Of a stretch of 64,000 bases of DNA, positions 17,714 through 26,448 are shown piece after piece. The notes beneath the pieces are model-generated. The model did not search any database and was not told the DNA's origin. It saw only the letters and a program-made list of their open reading frames with translations. Source of the DNA: Acidimicrobiia bacterium (GTDB taxonomy: Bacteria > Actinomycetota > Acidimicrobiia > Spongiisociales > ZC4RG35). Location: contig DATKCZ010000023.1 of assembly GCA_035512955.1 (NCBI GenBank), positions 15,698 through 79,697 of the forward strand, in the 5' to 3' direction. Position 1 is the stretch's first letter. Each line of letters begins with the position of its first letter. The position numbers were made by a program, and so were the translations under genes.

Positions 17714-20700
17714 ATGACCTCAGCAGAGCAGACCGAATTCTTCACCCCGGTCGAACCCCGGCCCGATCACGACGGGCTGGAACGCCGCATCCTCGAGTGG
17801 TGGGAGGAACGCTCCGTCTTCGCCCGGCTCCGCGAGAAGAATGCTGGGGGCGAGCCGTTCAGCTTCATCGACGGGCCGGTCACGGCCAACAAGACCCTCG
17901 GCATCCACACCGCATGGGGGCGCACCCTCAAGGATGTGATCCAGCGTTACAAGGCAGCACTTGGCCATGACCTGCGCTACCAGAACGGCTGGGATTGCCA
18001 GGGTCTCTGGATCGAGGTGGGAGTGGAGAAAGAGCTCGGCCTCAACTCGAAGAAAGAGATCGAGGCGTTCGGGCTGGAGGAGTTCGCCCGGAGATGTCGG
18101 GAAAAGGTTGCCTGGTCGGTGGAGGAGCTGCGTCGTGGCTCACGGCGGCTGGGGATGTGGATGGACTGGGACAACGACTACCTCACCTTCTCCGACAACA
18201 ACATCGAGTACATATGGAGGTTCCTCAAGATCCTCGATGACCGTCACTGGCTGTACCTGGGACATCGCTCCACCGAATGGTGCCCCCGGTGCGGCACCTC
18301 GATCTCCCAACACGAGCTCACCCAGTCGGGTGTGTACCAGGAGAAGGCCGACCCGTCGCTGTCGGTGCGGCTTCCGCTGATCGATCGCCCAGGTGAGGGT
18401 CTGGTCATCTGGACCACGACGCCATGGACCCTGCCGGCCAACGTGTCAGCCGCCGTCCATCCCGACTATCGATACGGGAGGAGGCCGAACGGCGATTGGG
18501 TGGCCATCGAGCGCTTCCCCGACGACGAGTTCGAGGAGACCAAGCCGGGGAGCGAGCTCGTCGGTTGGGCCTACCACGCGCCATTCGAGGATCTCGAAGC
18601 CGGGGCGGGAGTCGAGCACCGGGTCATCCCGTGGGACGAGGTCACCCTCGACCAGGGAACAGGGGTGGTCCACATCGCCCCGGGAGCCGGCTCGGAGGAT
18701 TTCGAGCTGGCCGGGGCCCACGACCTCCCCGTGCTGACCCCGGTCGACGGGGCAGGCCGGTTCTACCCCGACTATGGGTGGCTCGCCGGAATGTCCACCG
18801 AGGAGGCTCGCCAGCCGATCATCGACGCCCTGGAGAACAAGGGCATCCTCGTCGAGTCCGGGGAGTACGTGCACTCCTACCCGCATTGCTGGCGGTGCGA
18901 CACCCCGCTCATCTTCCGGGTGGCCGACGACTGGTACATCTCGGTCGACGAGATCAGGCAACCGCTCAGGGACGCCAACGCCTCGGTGGCCTGGACTCCG
19001 GCATACATGGGCAAGCTCATGGACGACTGGCTCAACAACATGGGCGACTGGAACATCTCCCGTCGTCGCTACTACGGGCTCCCTCTGCCCATCTACATCT
19101 GCGACTGTGGAGAGGTCACGGTGATCGGCTCGAAGACGGAGCTGGCGGCGAGGGCCACTGCGGGCATGGAACAGCTCGAGGAGCTGCGTCGTCCCTGGAT
19201 CGATCGGGTCACCATCAGGTGCGAACAGTGTGGCGACGAGAGCGTGACCCGGGTCGAAGAGGTCGGTGACGTGTGGCTCGACGCCGGGATCGTCCCTTTC
19301 TCGACCCTCGGCTGGCAGAACCCCGAGTGGGTCCCCGGTGGCAATGCCACGGGGGCGGCTCGTGGACTGACGGGTGCCGACCTGCCCGACCACGCCTATT
19401 GGGAGAAGTGGTTCCCCGCCCACTGGGTCAGCGAGATGCGAGAGCAGGTGCGGCTCTGGTTCTACTCCCAGCTCTTCATGTCGGTTGCACTGGTCGGGGA
19501 GGCGCCGTTCCGCACCGTGCTCGGATACGAGAAGATGCTGGCCGAGGATCGCCGGGAGATGCACGGGTCATGGGGCAACCTGATCGGCGCCGAGGAGGCC
19601 TTCGAGCGCATGGGGGCCGACGTGATGCGGTGGATGTACTGCGCCCACCCCCCGGACCGCAATCTCCTCTTTGGCTATGAGGGGGCCTACGAGGTCCGGC
19701 GACGCCTGCTGACACTGTGGAACTCGGCGCGGTTTCTCATCGACTACGGCAACATCGAGGGCTTCGTCCCCAACTACGACGACCTCGACGGCGGTCCCGA
19801 TGACCTCGAGCTGACCACCACGGACCGCTGGCTCCTCGCCCGAGTCGGCCAGGTGGTGTCCGAGGCGCAGGCCAGTCTCGACAGGCTCCGCACCGACGAT
19901 CTGGTGACCGCATTCGAGAAGTATCTGGACGATCTGTCCAACTGGTACATCCGTCGCAGCCGTCGCCGCTTCTACCACTACGACGAGGCCGCCTTCAGGA
20001 CCCTCTGGGTGGGGGTGGTCACTTCCTTGCGGGTGATCGCCCCGGTGATGCCCTTCCTCACCGAGCATCTCTGGACGGTGCTGGTCTCGGGACCCTGCGA
20101 CGATGCTCCCGAGTCGGTGCATCTCGCCGGTTGGCCGTCACCGCCCGCTGAGGTCGACGATCGCCTCCTGGCGGAGATCGCCGCGGTGCGACGGGTCGTC
20201 GAAGCGGGGCGCAGGGCGCGTATGGAGGCGAACATCAAGCTCCGCCAGCCGCTGCGTGGTGTCATCGTGCGCGGAGCCGACCTCGCCGCGGCCCACGCCT
20301 CCGAGATTCGCGAAGAGCTGCGAGTCAAGGAGATCAGCTTCGACGAGGACACCACCGTCGAGGTCACCGTCAAGCCCAACTTCCCCGTCGCCGGCCCACG
20401 GCTGGGGCCGAAGATCAAAGAGGTGTCTGCTGCTCTGGCCCGAGGAGAATTCGAGGACCTCGATGACGGTGGGGTCTTCGCCGCCGGTGAGACCCTGAGC
20501 GCGGATGAGGTGCAACGGACCGAGAGAGTCGTCCTCGACGGCTGGGTGGTGGCTCACGATGGCAACGTAAGCGTCGCCATCGACCCGATCCTGGACGACG
20601 ATTTGCTTCTCGAGGGCCGGGCTCTGGAGTTGATCCGGAGGCTCAACGAGCAACGCAAACAGGAGGGGTTGGCCCTCACCAACCGTATCCGGCTGAGGCT

Positions 20701-20830
20701 GCCCGCCGGCGATGCCGATCTGGTGGAGAGCCATGGCGAGTGGATCGCGGCAGAGGTCCTGGCGACGTCGATCGAGGTCGACGAGAGTCTGGACATCCCG
20801 TCACTGAGCGTCGACCCCCACCACTCCTAG
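17714..20830 (+). CDS. ileS: Isoleucyl-tRNA synthetase homolog (type 2, eukaryote/actinobacterial-like) with degenerate class-I catalytic motifs
   Basis: Collinear from memory with M. tuberculosis IleS over full length: FIDGPVTAN..KDVIQRY, GWDCQGLWIE, WTTTPWTLPAN editing motif, GTGVVHIAPGAG, YPHCWRCDTPLIF, GADVMRW. HYGH is replaced by GIHT (17900-17911). KMSKS is replaced by EMHGS (19556-19570). The His of WDTHGLP is replaced by Q. Start is ATG 17714 (MTSAEQ) or TTG 17681. Confidence 0.85.
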   Translation: MTSAEQTEFFTPVEPRPDHDGLERRILEWWEERSVFARLREKNAGGEPFSFIDGPVTANKTLGIHTAWGRTLKDVIQRYKAALGHDLRYQNGWDCQGLWIEVGVEKELGLNSKKEIEAFGLEEFARRCREKVAWSVEELRRGSRRLGMWMDWDNDYLTFSDNNIEYIWRFLKILDDRHWLYLGHRSTEWCPRCGTSISQHELTQSGVYQEKADPSLSVRLPLIDRPGEGLVIWTTTPWTLPANVSAAVHPDYRYGRRPNGDWVAIERFPDDEFEETKPGSELVGWAYHAPFEDLEAGAGVEHRVIPWDEVTLDQGTGVVHIAPGAGSEDFELAGAHDLPVLTPVDGAGRFYPDYGWLAGMSTEEARQPIIDALENKGILVESGEYVHSYPHCWRCDTPLIFRVADDWYISVDEIRQPLRDANASVAWTPAYMGKLMDDWLNNMGDWNISRRRYYGLPLPIYICDCGEVTVIGSKTELAARATAGMEQLEELRRPWIDRVTIRCEQCGDESVTRVEEVGDVWLDAGIVPFSTLGWQNPEWVPGGNATGAARGLTGADLPDHAYWEKWFPAHWVSEMREQVRLWFYSQLFMSVALVGEAPFRTVLGYEKMLAEDRREMHGSWGNLIGAEEAFERMGADVMRWMYCAHPPDRNLLFGYEGAYEVRRRLLTLWNSARFLIDYGNIEGFVPNYDDLDGGPDDLELTTTDRWLLARVGQVVSEAQASLDRLRTDDLVTAFEKYLDDLSNWYIRRSRRRFYHYDEAAFRTLWVGVVTSLRVIAPVMPFLTEHLWTVLVSGPCDDAPESVHLAGWPSPPAEVDDRLLAEIAAVRRVVEAGRRARMEANIKLRQPLRGVIVRGADLAAAHASEIREELRVKEISFDEDTTVEVTVKPNFPVAGPRLGPKIKEVSAALARGEFEDLDDGGVFAAGETLSADEVQRTERVVLDGWVVAHDGNVSVAIDPILDDDLLLEGRALELIRRLNEQRKQEGLALTNRIRLRLPAGDADLVESHGEWIAAEVLATSIEVDESLDIPSLSVDPHHS

Positions 20831-22173
20831 GGCGGTCGCCCCACCCGGTATCGGTGGCCAAGCGGGCTGATCCATTCCAACTCGGTGCGGTTGATCTTGC
20901 GATATCGCCACCCTCCGCGGTGTTTGGCCATGTGGTGTCGCCGACATAGCGGCGCCTGGTTGCGCACCGTGGTAGGACCGCCCGCGGCGTGGTCGTCGAT
21001 GTGATCGATGTCGGAATCGGTGGCCGGCATGCGGCAACCCGGCCAGGAGCAAGTCGGCATCAAGGCCCGGATCTTGCGGAGTTGCTTGGCGGTGGGGCGA
21101 CGTCGCACCGAGACCACATGCAGGGGCTCTCCGGTCTCGTCGTCGGTGACCACCGCGGTCCACTCGCCATCCTCCTGCTGGCGCGCCACCTTGCGGGCGA
21201 CTTCGGCGATGACCGGGCCGTAGCCGCCCAAGTCTCCGGGCATCTGGTCGAGCTCGGCCAAGGCGGACATCGATGCCGTCATGGTCACCGCACCTCCGGG
21301 ACCTTTGCCCGAGCCACTCAACTCGCCTTGGAGCAAGGCGAGGGCGATGTCGGCTCTGATTTGGTCGATGTTTCGGGGGTCATCGTCGCTCTGGAGCCTC
21401 TTGGCGAGACGGTTGACATGGTCACGGGCCGCCAGGACGTCTTCGGGAGATGCCTGGGAGATGATGAAGGCGGCGGTGCCTTCGGCGTTCTCCTCGGCGA
21501 CTACTTTCCGTTCGGTGAGTGATCGCTCGTACCGCGACATCGCGTCGGCCGGGTCGGCCTCGACACAGAGTTTGCGCAGCCGGGCCCGTATCTGACCCGT
21601 GGTCAGGCTCGGAGCCTCCGGGAGGATGACGTCGACCACCTCGTTGGCCGTCTGGCTGTCGAGGTGGGCAGTGTCACGGGACAGGATGCGGGCCTTGCGG
21701 GCATCGAGATCACCGGATCTCATCGCCCGGGCCACCTGGGGCAGCCGACTGTCCAAGTCGAAGGCGACGCCCAGCTCGTCGTTGGACATTCGCCGGGTGA
21801 GGGTCAGGGCCGCCCCGATCTCCTCAGGGGCAAAGTCCTCGATGACAGGAGACCGCTCCGTCGTGTCGGCGGCGACGCAGTGAGCAGTCTCGACCATGGC
21901 GGCATAGAGGCCGGCTTGATCGTGGGAGATGAGCCGCTGTTGCGCCCGCATCAAGGTCACCACGTCATCGCCCGAAAGCCGTGACAGGTCGAGAGAGGAC
22001 AGGATCGCGGCCAGGTACGGGCCGGGCTCCATCTCGTCCAGGTCTTCGGGGATCGACTGGCGATCCTCGATCGTCTCGGTCGAGGCGGCAAGGGTCAGTT
22101 GGTAGACAGTCTCCTCAGTCTCCTCACTCTCCGCCGGGTAGGGCTCGGACCTGAGGTCTTCATCGACGAACAT
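20827..22173 (-). CDS. DUF222 + HNH endonuclease domain protein (REP13E12-like)
   Basis: 448 aa. C-terminal HNH with CSWPGCRMPATDSDIDHIDDHAAGGPTTVRNQAPLCRRHHMAKH. Large N-terminal DUF222-like region. This gene type is commonly mobile or repeat-associated in actinobacteria. Confidence 0.8.
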   Translation of the reverse strand: MFVDEDLRSEPYPAESEETEETVYQLTLAASTETIEDRQSIPEDLDEMEPGPYLAAILSSLDLSRLSGDDVVTLMRAQQRLISHDQAGLYAAMVETAHCVAADTTERSPVIEDFAPEEIGAALTLTRRMSNDELGVAFDLDSRLPQVARAMRSGDLDARKARILSRDTAHLDSQTANEVVDVILPEAPSLTTGQIRARLRKLCVEADPADAMSRYERSLTERKVVAEENAEGTAAFIISQASPEDVLAARDHVNRLAKRLQSDDDPRNIDQIRADIALALLQGELSGSGKGPGGAVTMTASMSALAELDQMPGDLGGYGPVIAEVARKVARQQEDGEWTAVVTDDETGEPLHVVSVRRRPTAKQLRKIRALMPTCSWPGCRMPATDSDIDHIDDHAAGGPTTVRNQAPLCRRHHMAKHRGGWRYRKINRTELEWISPLGHRYRVGRPP

Positions 22174-22378
22174 ATGTTCGAATCGTACCGGAGGTCTCCG
22201 ACAGATTTCAAGAGGTTTGCCGATTCCGATGGAAATATCCCGAGCGGCCCCTACTCGTCTATGAAGGAGCCGTTAGTTGCCATGATGAAATTGGTCGAAA
22301 GCGGCGAGAACGCCCGCTAGAACCCTTAGTCGACGGCCACCATCACCCACAGATCGCCCGGTTGGCCCGTCTCGATCC

Positions 22379-23155
22379 CTACTCGCCCTCGCCCTCGCCC
22401 TCGTCCGAGTCGGTGTCATCGTCGGAGACGAGTTGGAGGTCGCTGGCCACCCCGGTCAACATGGCGTCCAGGCCCTGATCGTTCGACACCTCCTTCTCGG
22501 AGCCCTCCTCGGCGGCATCGTCCCCGCCCCCATCCTCGGTGCCGTCGGATTCGTATTGGTCGTCCCCATCGCCTGCGGGTGAGTCGTCGAATGGGTCCGG
22601 CGAGTCCATGTCGTCCCTTGCCTCGTGGTCCCCGTGTGCGGCCACCCCGGAGTCGTCGATCACCTCATCCATGTCGTCGAGCTTCTCCGACACCTCATCG
22701 GCCAGGACGGAGATCTCGGTGCGGACCGAGGCGACGCGCGCCGCGATCGCCGCGATCTCCGCCTCGGCCTCCATCTTCTTCGCATCGCGCTCCGCTTGAA
22801 AGGAGTCGGCCTCGTCCTTGGCGCCGTCGAGGAGCTCGGCCGCCTCCGCTTGGGCGTCCTCCAGCAGCTTGTCGGCCGCGTTCTGCGCCGCGATGAGCGC
22901 CCGGCCGACCGCACTCTCGTCGATCTCGGCTCGTGGCTCCGGCATCGGCTCTCTCGCTGGCACCGCCTCCGGCTCCGCGGGAGCTGCCGGCTGCAGGGTG
23001 ATTGGCGGGGCAGTCGCCCTGGCTTCATCGAGCTGTTCGCTCAGTTCCCTGATCGTGGTCACGATCTCGTCGAGGAAGTCGTCGACCTCATCCAGGTCGT
23101 AGCCGCGTAGCGCGGTGGAGAAGGTCTTCTGTTCGACGTCTGACACAGTGAGCAT
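22379..23155 (-). CDS. divIVA: Cell-division/polar-growth protein DivIVA
   Basis: MLTVSDVEQKTFSTALRGYDLDEVDDFLDEIVTTIREL is the canonical DivIVA N-terminus. Coiled-coil middle and a long acidic low-complexity C-tail ending in EGEGEGE. Start reassigned to ATG rc 23153-23155. Confidence 0.85.
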   Translation of the reverse strand: MLTVSDVEQKTFSTALRGYDLDEVDDFLDEIVTTIRELSEQLDEARATAPPITLQPAAPAEPEAVPAREPMPEPRAEIDESAVGRALIAAQNAADKLLEDAQAEAAELLDGAKDEADSFQAERDAKKMEAEAEIAAIAARVASVRTEISVLADEVSEKLDDMDEVIDDSGVAAHGDHEARDDMDSPDPFDDSPAGDGDDQYESDGTEDGGGDDAAEEGSEKEVSNDQGLDAMLTGVASDLQLVSDDDTDSDEGEGEGE

Positions 23156-23215
23156 TTGTTCACACCTCTCGAGTTCGCCGGGCAGGATAAGAAAAGGATG
23201 GCAGTGCCACAAGGA

Positions 23216-23470
23216 TCAGCCGATGATGCCCATCAGTATCCGGATGCCGATGAGAAGGATAATCGGGGAGAGGTCGAGTGCCCCGCCACCAATCCTGATC
23301 GGAGGCACCACCCGACGAATGGGAAGGATCACAGGGTAGATGATCCGGTCGAGAAACACCTGCACCCTGCCCAGGGGGTGTGTCGACGACACCCTGATCC
23401 AGGAGAGGATCACCCAGGCAAACACCGCGTAGAAGTAAATGGTGAGGAGGGTCAGAAGGAGGTCGCGCAC
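23216..23470 (-). CDS. yggT: YggT family membrane protein
   Basis: 84 aa, 2 TM, typical YggT/Ycf19 size and position between sepF and divIVA. Confidence 0.75.
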   Translation of the reverse strand: MRDLLLTLLTIYFYAVFAWVILSWIRVSSTHPLGRVQVFLDRIIYPVILPIRRVVPPIRIGGGALDLSPIILLIGIRILMGIIG

Positions 23471-23472
23471 CG

Positions 23473-24036
23473 TCAGTCGATATCGTCGAGCTCGTAGGCT
23501 CCGAGTGTCGACAGTCGCCGTCTCTCATCGCGACTGAGGGTCACCCGGGGGGGTAGGACGAGAACGAGCCCGTCGCCGACACGGCGCATCGAGCCGTCGA
23601 GGGCGTAGATCAACCCGGAGCAGAAATCGACGACCCGGCGCACCAGGTCGGGATCCGCCTCTCTCATGTCGAGGACCACCGGCACCCGGTCCCTCACCCG
23701 ATCGGCGAGCACCCGGGCATCGGCGAACTCTTCGACCACCAAGATGTCCGACTGGATCTCGATGGGTCGGACCATCGGCGATGCGGCCGGTGGCTCCACA
23801 CGACGACTCGAGTCGGAGAGACTTGGCGGCTCAACGCGTCGCTGGGCACGGGTGGCGGCACGTGCGGTCGGGGGTGGCTCCACGCGTCGTCCCTCCAGCG
23901 TCTCGACTGTGCGAGGTTGGGTCATGGGGTCGGGCTGATTGTTCTTGTGGTTGGCCATGTCGGCGGCCTCAGCCTCGAGCTGGTCCTCGTCTACCAGCCC
24001 CAGGTAGACGAGAGCTTTCGAGAACAGTGAAGACAT
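23473..24036 (-). CDS. sepF: Cell division protein SepF
   Basis: N-terminus MSSLFSKALVYLGLVDED (membrane-binding amphipathic helix). C-terminal SepF core (VLVVEEFADARVLADRVRDRVPVVLDMREAD). The linker carries three RRVEPP repeats. Confidence 0.85.
   Translation of the reverse strand: MSSLFSKALVYLGLVDEDQLEAEAADMANHKNNQPDPMTQPRTVETLEGRRVEPPPTARAATRAQRRVEPPSLSDSSRRVEPPAASPMVRPIEIQSDILVVEEFADARVLADRVRDRVPVVLDMREADPDLVRRVVDFCSGLIYALDGSMRRVGDGLVLVLPPRVTLSRDERRRLSTLGAYELDDID
23795..23905 (-). repeat. Intragenic tandem repeat in the sepF linker (3x, about 39-45 nt unit, encoding RRVEPP)
   Basis: Forward strand shows ggctccacacgacgactcgag / ggcggctcaacgcgtcgctgggc / ggtggctccacgcgtcgtccctcc. The protein shows GRRVEPPPTARAATRAQRRVEPPSLSDSSRRVEPPAASP. 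Confidence 0.4.
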
Positions 24037-24048
24037 TCACGCTCCGAT

Positions 24049-24702
24049 TTACTTGCGTGGTCCAAAGATAGCCCGTCCCACTCGTATGATCGAAGCACCT
24101 TCGGCGATCGCCACCTCGAAGTCGTCGGTCATCCCCATGGACAGCTCGACCACTCCGGGATGGTCAGCATTCACCTCATCCCGGATCCGGCGCAGGGTCT
24201 CGAAGTAGGGCCGGCTGTCTTCGGGGTCATCCGGAATCGGCGGTAAGGCCATGAGGCCCCGAACATCGAGCCCGAGGCTCACCATCCACTCGAGAGCCGC
24301 CGGCACCTCGTCGGGAGCCACACCCGACTTCTGGCCCTCCTCTCCCAGGTTGACCTGGGCCAGCACCGGAGGTGCCGGGCCCTGGCCCTTCATCCAGGCG
24401 GATCCCAACGTAAGGCGGTCCATGGAGTGGAGGAGATGGACCACCGGGCGCACCAGTCGCGCCTTGTTGGACTGGAGCACTCCCACGTAGTGCCAGCGGA
24501 TGTCTCGGGGCAGCTCGGCGGCCTTGTCGGCGAGCTCGTCGGCCCGGTTCTCCCCGAAGTCGCGATGCCCCTGTTCGTAGACCTCCATGATCTCGGGGCG
24601 CCCCATGGTCTTCGAGACGGCGACCACCGTGATCTGCTCCGGGGCGCGGCCCGAGCTTCCCGCAGCCTTTGCCACCCGCTCCATGACAGCCTGGTAGCTC
24701 AC
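24049..24702 (-). CDS. yggS: YggS-family pyridoxal-phosphate homeostasis protein (PLPBP)
   Basis: ITVVAVSKT (PLP lysine), FGENRADE, LQSNKA and SMGMTDDFEVAIAEGASIIRVGRAIFG all match YggS. Start set at GTG about 24702, overlapping the pgeF stop. The track N-terminus is an artifact. Confidence 0.8.
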   Translation of the reverse strand: MSYQAVMERVAKAAGSSGRAPEQITVVAVSKTMGRPEIMEVYEQGHRDFGENRADELADKAAELPRDIRWHYVGVLQSNKARLVRPVVHLLHSMDRLTLGSAWMKGQGPAPPVLAQVNLGEEGQKSGVAPDEVPAALEWMVSLGLDVRGLMALPPIPDDPEDSRPYFETLRRIRDEVNADHPGVVELSMGMTDDFEVAIAEGASIIRVGRAIFGPRK

Positions 24703-25322
24703 GACAACCACCCGACCGCAGCCTGACGCTGCATGGTCCCGTCGACCCGGTGGCTGAACCAGCCTCGGTCGTGATGGGTGCAGGCGCCGCTCTCCCATGT
24801 GTCCAAGCCGTGGAGCTCGGCGGAGAGCGACGCAGGCAGGTCCACCGAGGTGCTGCCCCAGGTGGTAGAGGAGATGTGATCGTCGAATCTCTCGGCGACT
24901 TCCATCCCCACCTCGAAACAACACGGTGCGATCCCCGGTCCCACTGCTGCCCGCCTCGGCGGATGGCCACTCGCCGTCATCTCTTGGCGCAGTCGGCTCA
25001 CCACACCTGAGGCGGCGCCACGCCACCCGGCGTGGGCGACACCCACTGCGTCATCGGCGGTGAGGACCACTCCGAAACAGTCTGCAGTGAACACTGCGAC
25101 GGGAAGGTCAGGCTCGGTGGTCCACAACGCGTCGGCTTCTCCGGCGACGCCGGGGGCCCCGACTCGTGTCACCTCGTTGCCGTGGACCTGGTCGACCACG
25201 GCCCAATCCCGGGGAACCCCGAGTCGCCGGGAAAGCCCGGACCGGGCCGCCGGGTCGTTGCGGATGTCTCCGTCCGCGGCCTCGCTGAATGCCACCCCGT
25301 CCCAGCCGGGGGGTCGGATCAT
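24699..25322 (-). CDS. pgeF: Peptidoglycan editing factor PgeF (YfiH/DUF152, laccase-domain protein)
   Basis: Conserved [10 protein letters not shown] and HAGWRG motifs. Canonical position after ftsZ. Confidence 0.8.
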   Translation of the reverse strand: MIRPPGWDGVAFSEAADGDIRNDPAARSGLSRRLGVPRDWAVVDQVHGNEVTRVGAPGVAGEADALWTTEPDLPVAVFTADCFGVVLTADDAVGVAHAGWRGAASGVVSRLRQEMTASGHPPRRAAVGPGIAPCCFEVGMEVAERFDDHISSTTWGSTSVDLPASLSAELHGLDTWESGACTHHDRGWFSHRVDGTMQRQAAVGWLS

Positions 25323-26350
25323 CCCTGGACGAAACTGGGGATGTCGAGGATGTCCTCGCCCTGCTCCTCGGCGGCACGCGAGAAGGGTCGGGTGGGGCGC
25401 CGACGCCCCTCGAACCCGGCTGCGATCACGGTGACCTTCATCTCCTCGCCGAGATCGTCGTCGATGATGGCGCCAAAGATGATGTCGCCTTCACCGTCGG
25501 CGTGGTCGGCCACCACCCGGGCTGCCTCGGTGGCTTCGTGCAGCGTCATCGACGTGGGGCCGGAGACGCTGAGTAAGACGCCCTTGGCCCCGTCCATCGA
25601 GGCCTCCAGCATCGGTGATGAGATGGCCCGCTCGGCGGCCTGGCGGGCTCGATTCTCGCCGGTGGCGCGACCGATCCCCATCACAGCCGATCCGGCGTCG
25701 GTCATGATCGTGCGCACGTCGGCGAAGTCGACATTGATCAGCCCAGGTGTGGTGATGAGGTCGGTGATGCCGGTGACCCCGCTCATCAGCACTTCGTCGG
25801 CCAGTCTGAAGGTGTCGGCCATCGGAGCCTCGGGATCGCCCACATCGAGGAGCCGGTCGTTGGGGATGACGATGAGGGTGTCGACCGCATCCTTGAGGGC
25901 GTCGATGCCCTGCTCGGCGTGCACCGCCCGGCGACGACCCTCGAACCCGAAAGGTCGGGTCACCACGCCGACGGTGAGTGCCCCCACCGAACGGGCGACC
26001 TCGGCGACCACCGGCGCACCCCCCGTGCCGGTTCCTCCTCCTTCGCCGGCGGTGATGAAGATCATGTCCGATCCCTTGAGCACGTCTTCGAGCTCGGCAC
26101 GATGCTCCTCGGCGGCGGCCCGACCGATCTCGGGGTTGGCACCGGCACCGAGACCCCGGGTGACCTCGCGGCCAATGTCCAGCTTGACATCGGCATCACT
26201 CATCAGAAGGGCTTGGGCGTCGGTGTTGAGGGCGATGAACTCCACTCCACGGACCCCGGCGTCGACCATGCGGTTCACCGCGTTGACCCCGCCGCCACCG
26301 ATCCCCACCACCTTGATCACGGCCAGATAACCGCCACTTCCATTGCTCAC
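25319..26350 (-). CDS. ftsZ: Cell division GTPase FtsZ
   Basis: [21 protein letters not shown], the tubulin signature GGGTGTG, NTDAQAL and a C-terminal conserved peptide DILDIPSFV. Start proposed at GTG (rc 26348-26350), preceded by GGAGG 6 nt upstream. The track start 26425 adds an atypical N-extension. Confidence 0.93.
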   Translation of the reverse strand: MSNGSGGYLAVIKVVGIGGGGVNAVNRMVDAGVRGVEFIALNTDAQALLMSDADVKLDIGREVTRGLGAGANPEIGRAAAEEHRAELEDVLKGSDMIFITAGEGGGTGTGGAPVVAEVARSVGALTVGVVTRPFGFEGRRRAVHAEQGIDALKDAVDTLIVIPNDRLLDVGDPEAPMADTFRLADEVLMSGVTGITDLITTPGLINVDFADVRTIMTDAGSAVMGIGRATGENRARQAAERAISSPMLEASMDGAKGVLLSVSGPTSMTLHEATEAARVVADHADGEGDIIFGAIIDDDLGEEMKVTVIAAGFEGRRRPTRPFSRAAEEQGEDILDIPSFVQG

Positions 26351-26448
26351 CTGATCCTCCGAACTCGTGTTCACAAAACTTTGAAGTAGAGGTTTACCGT
26401 TAGACATCTGCAAAGTAAACCCCATAGCCCTCAGCCTCTACTAGAGGT

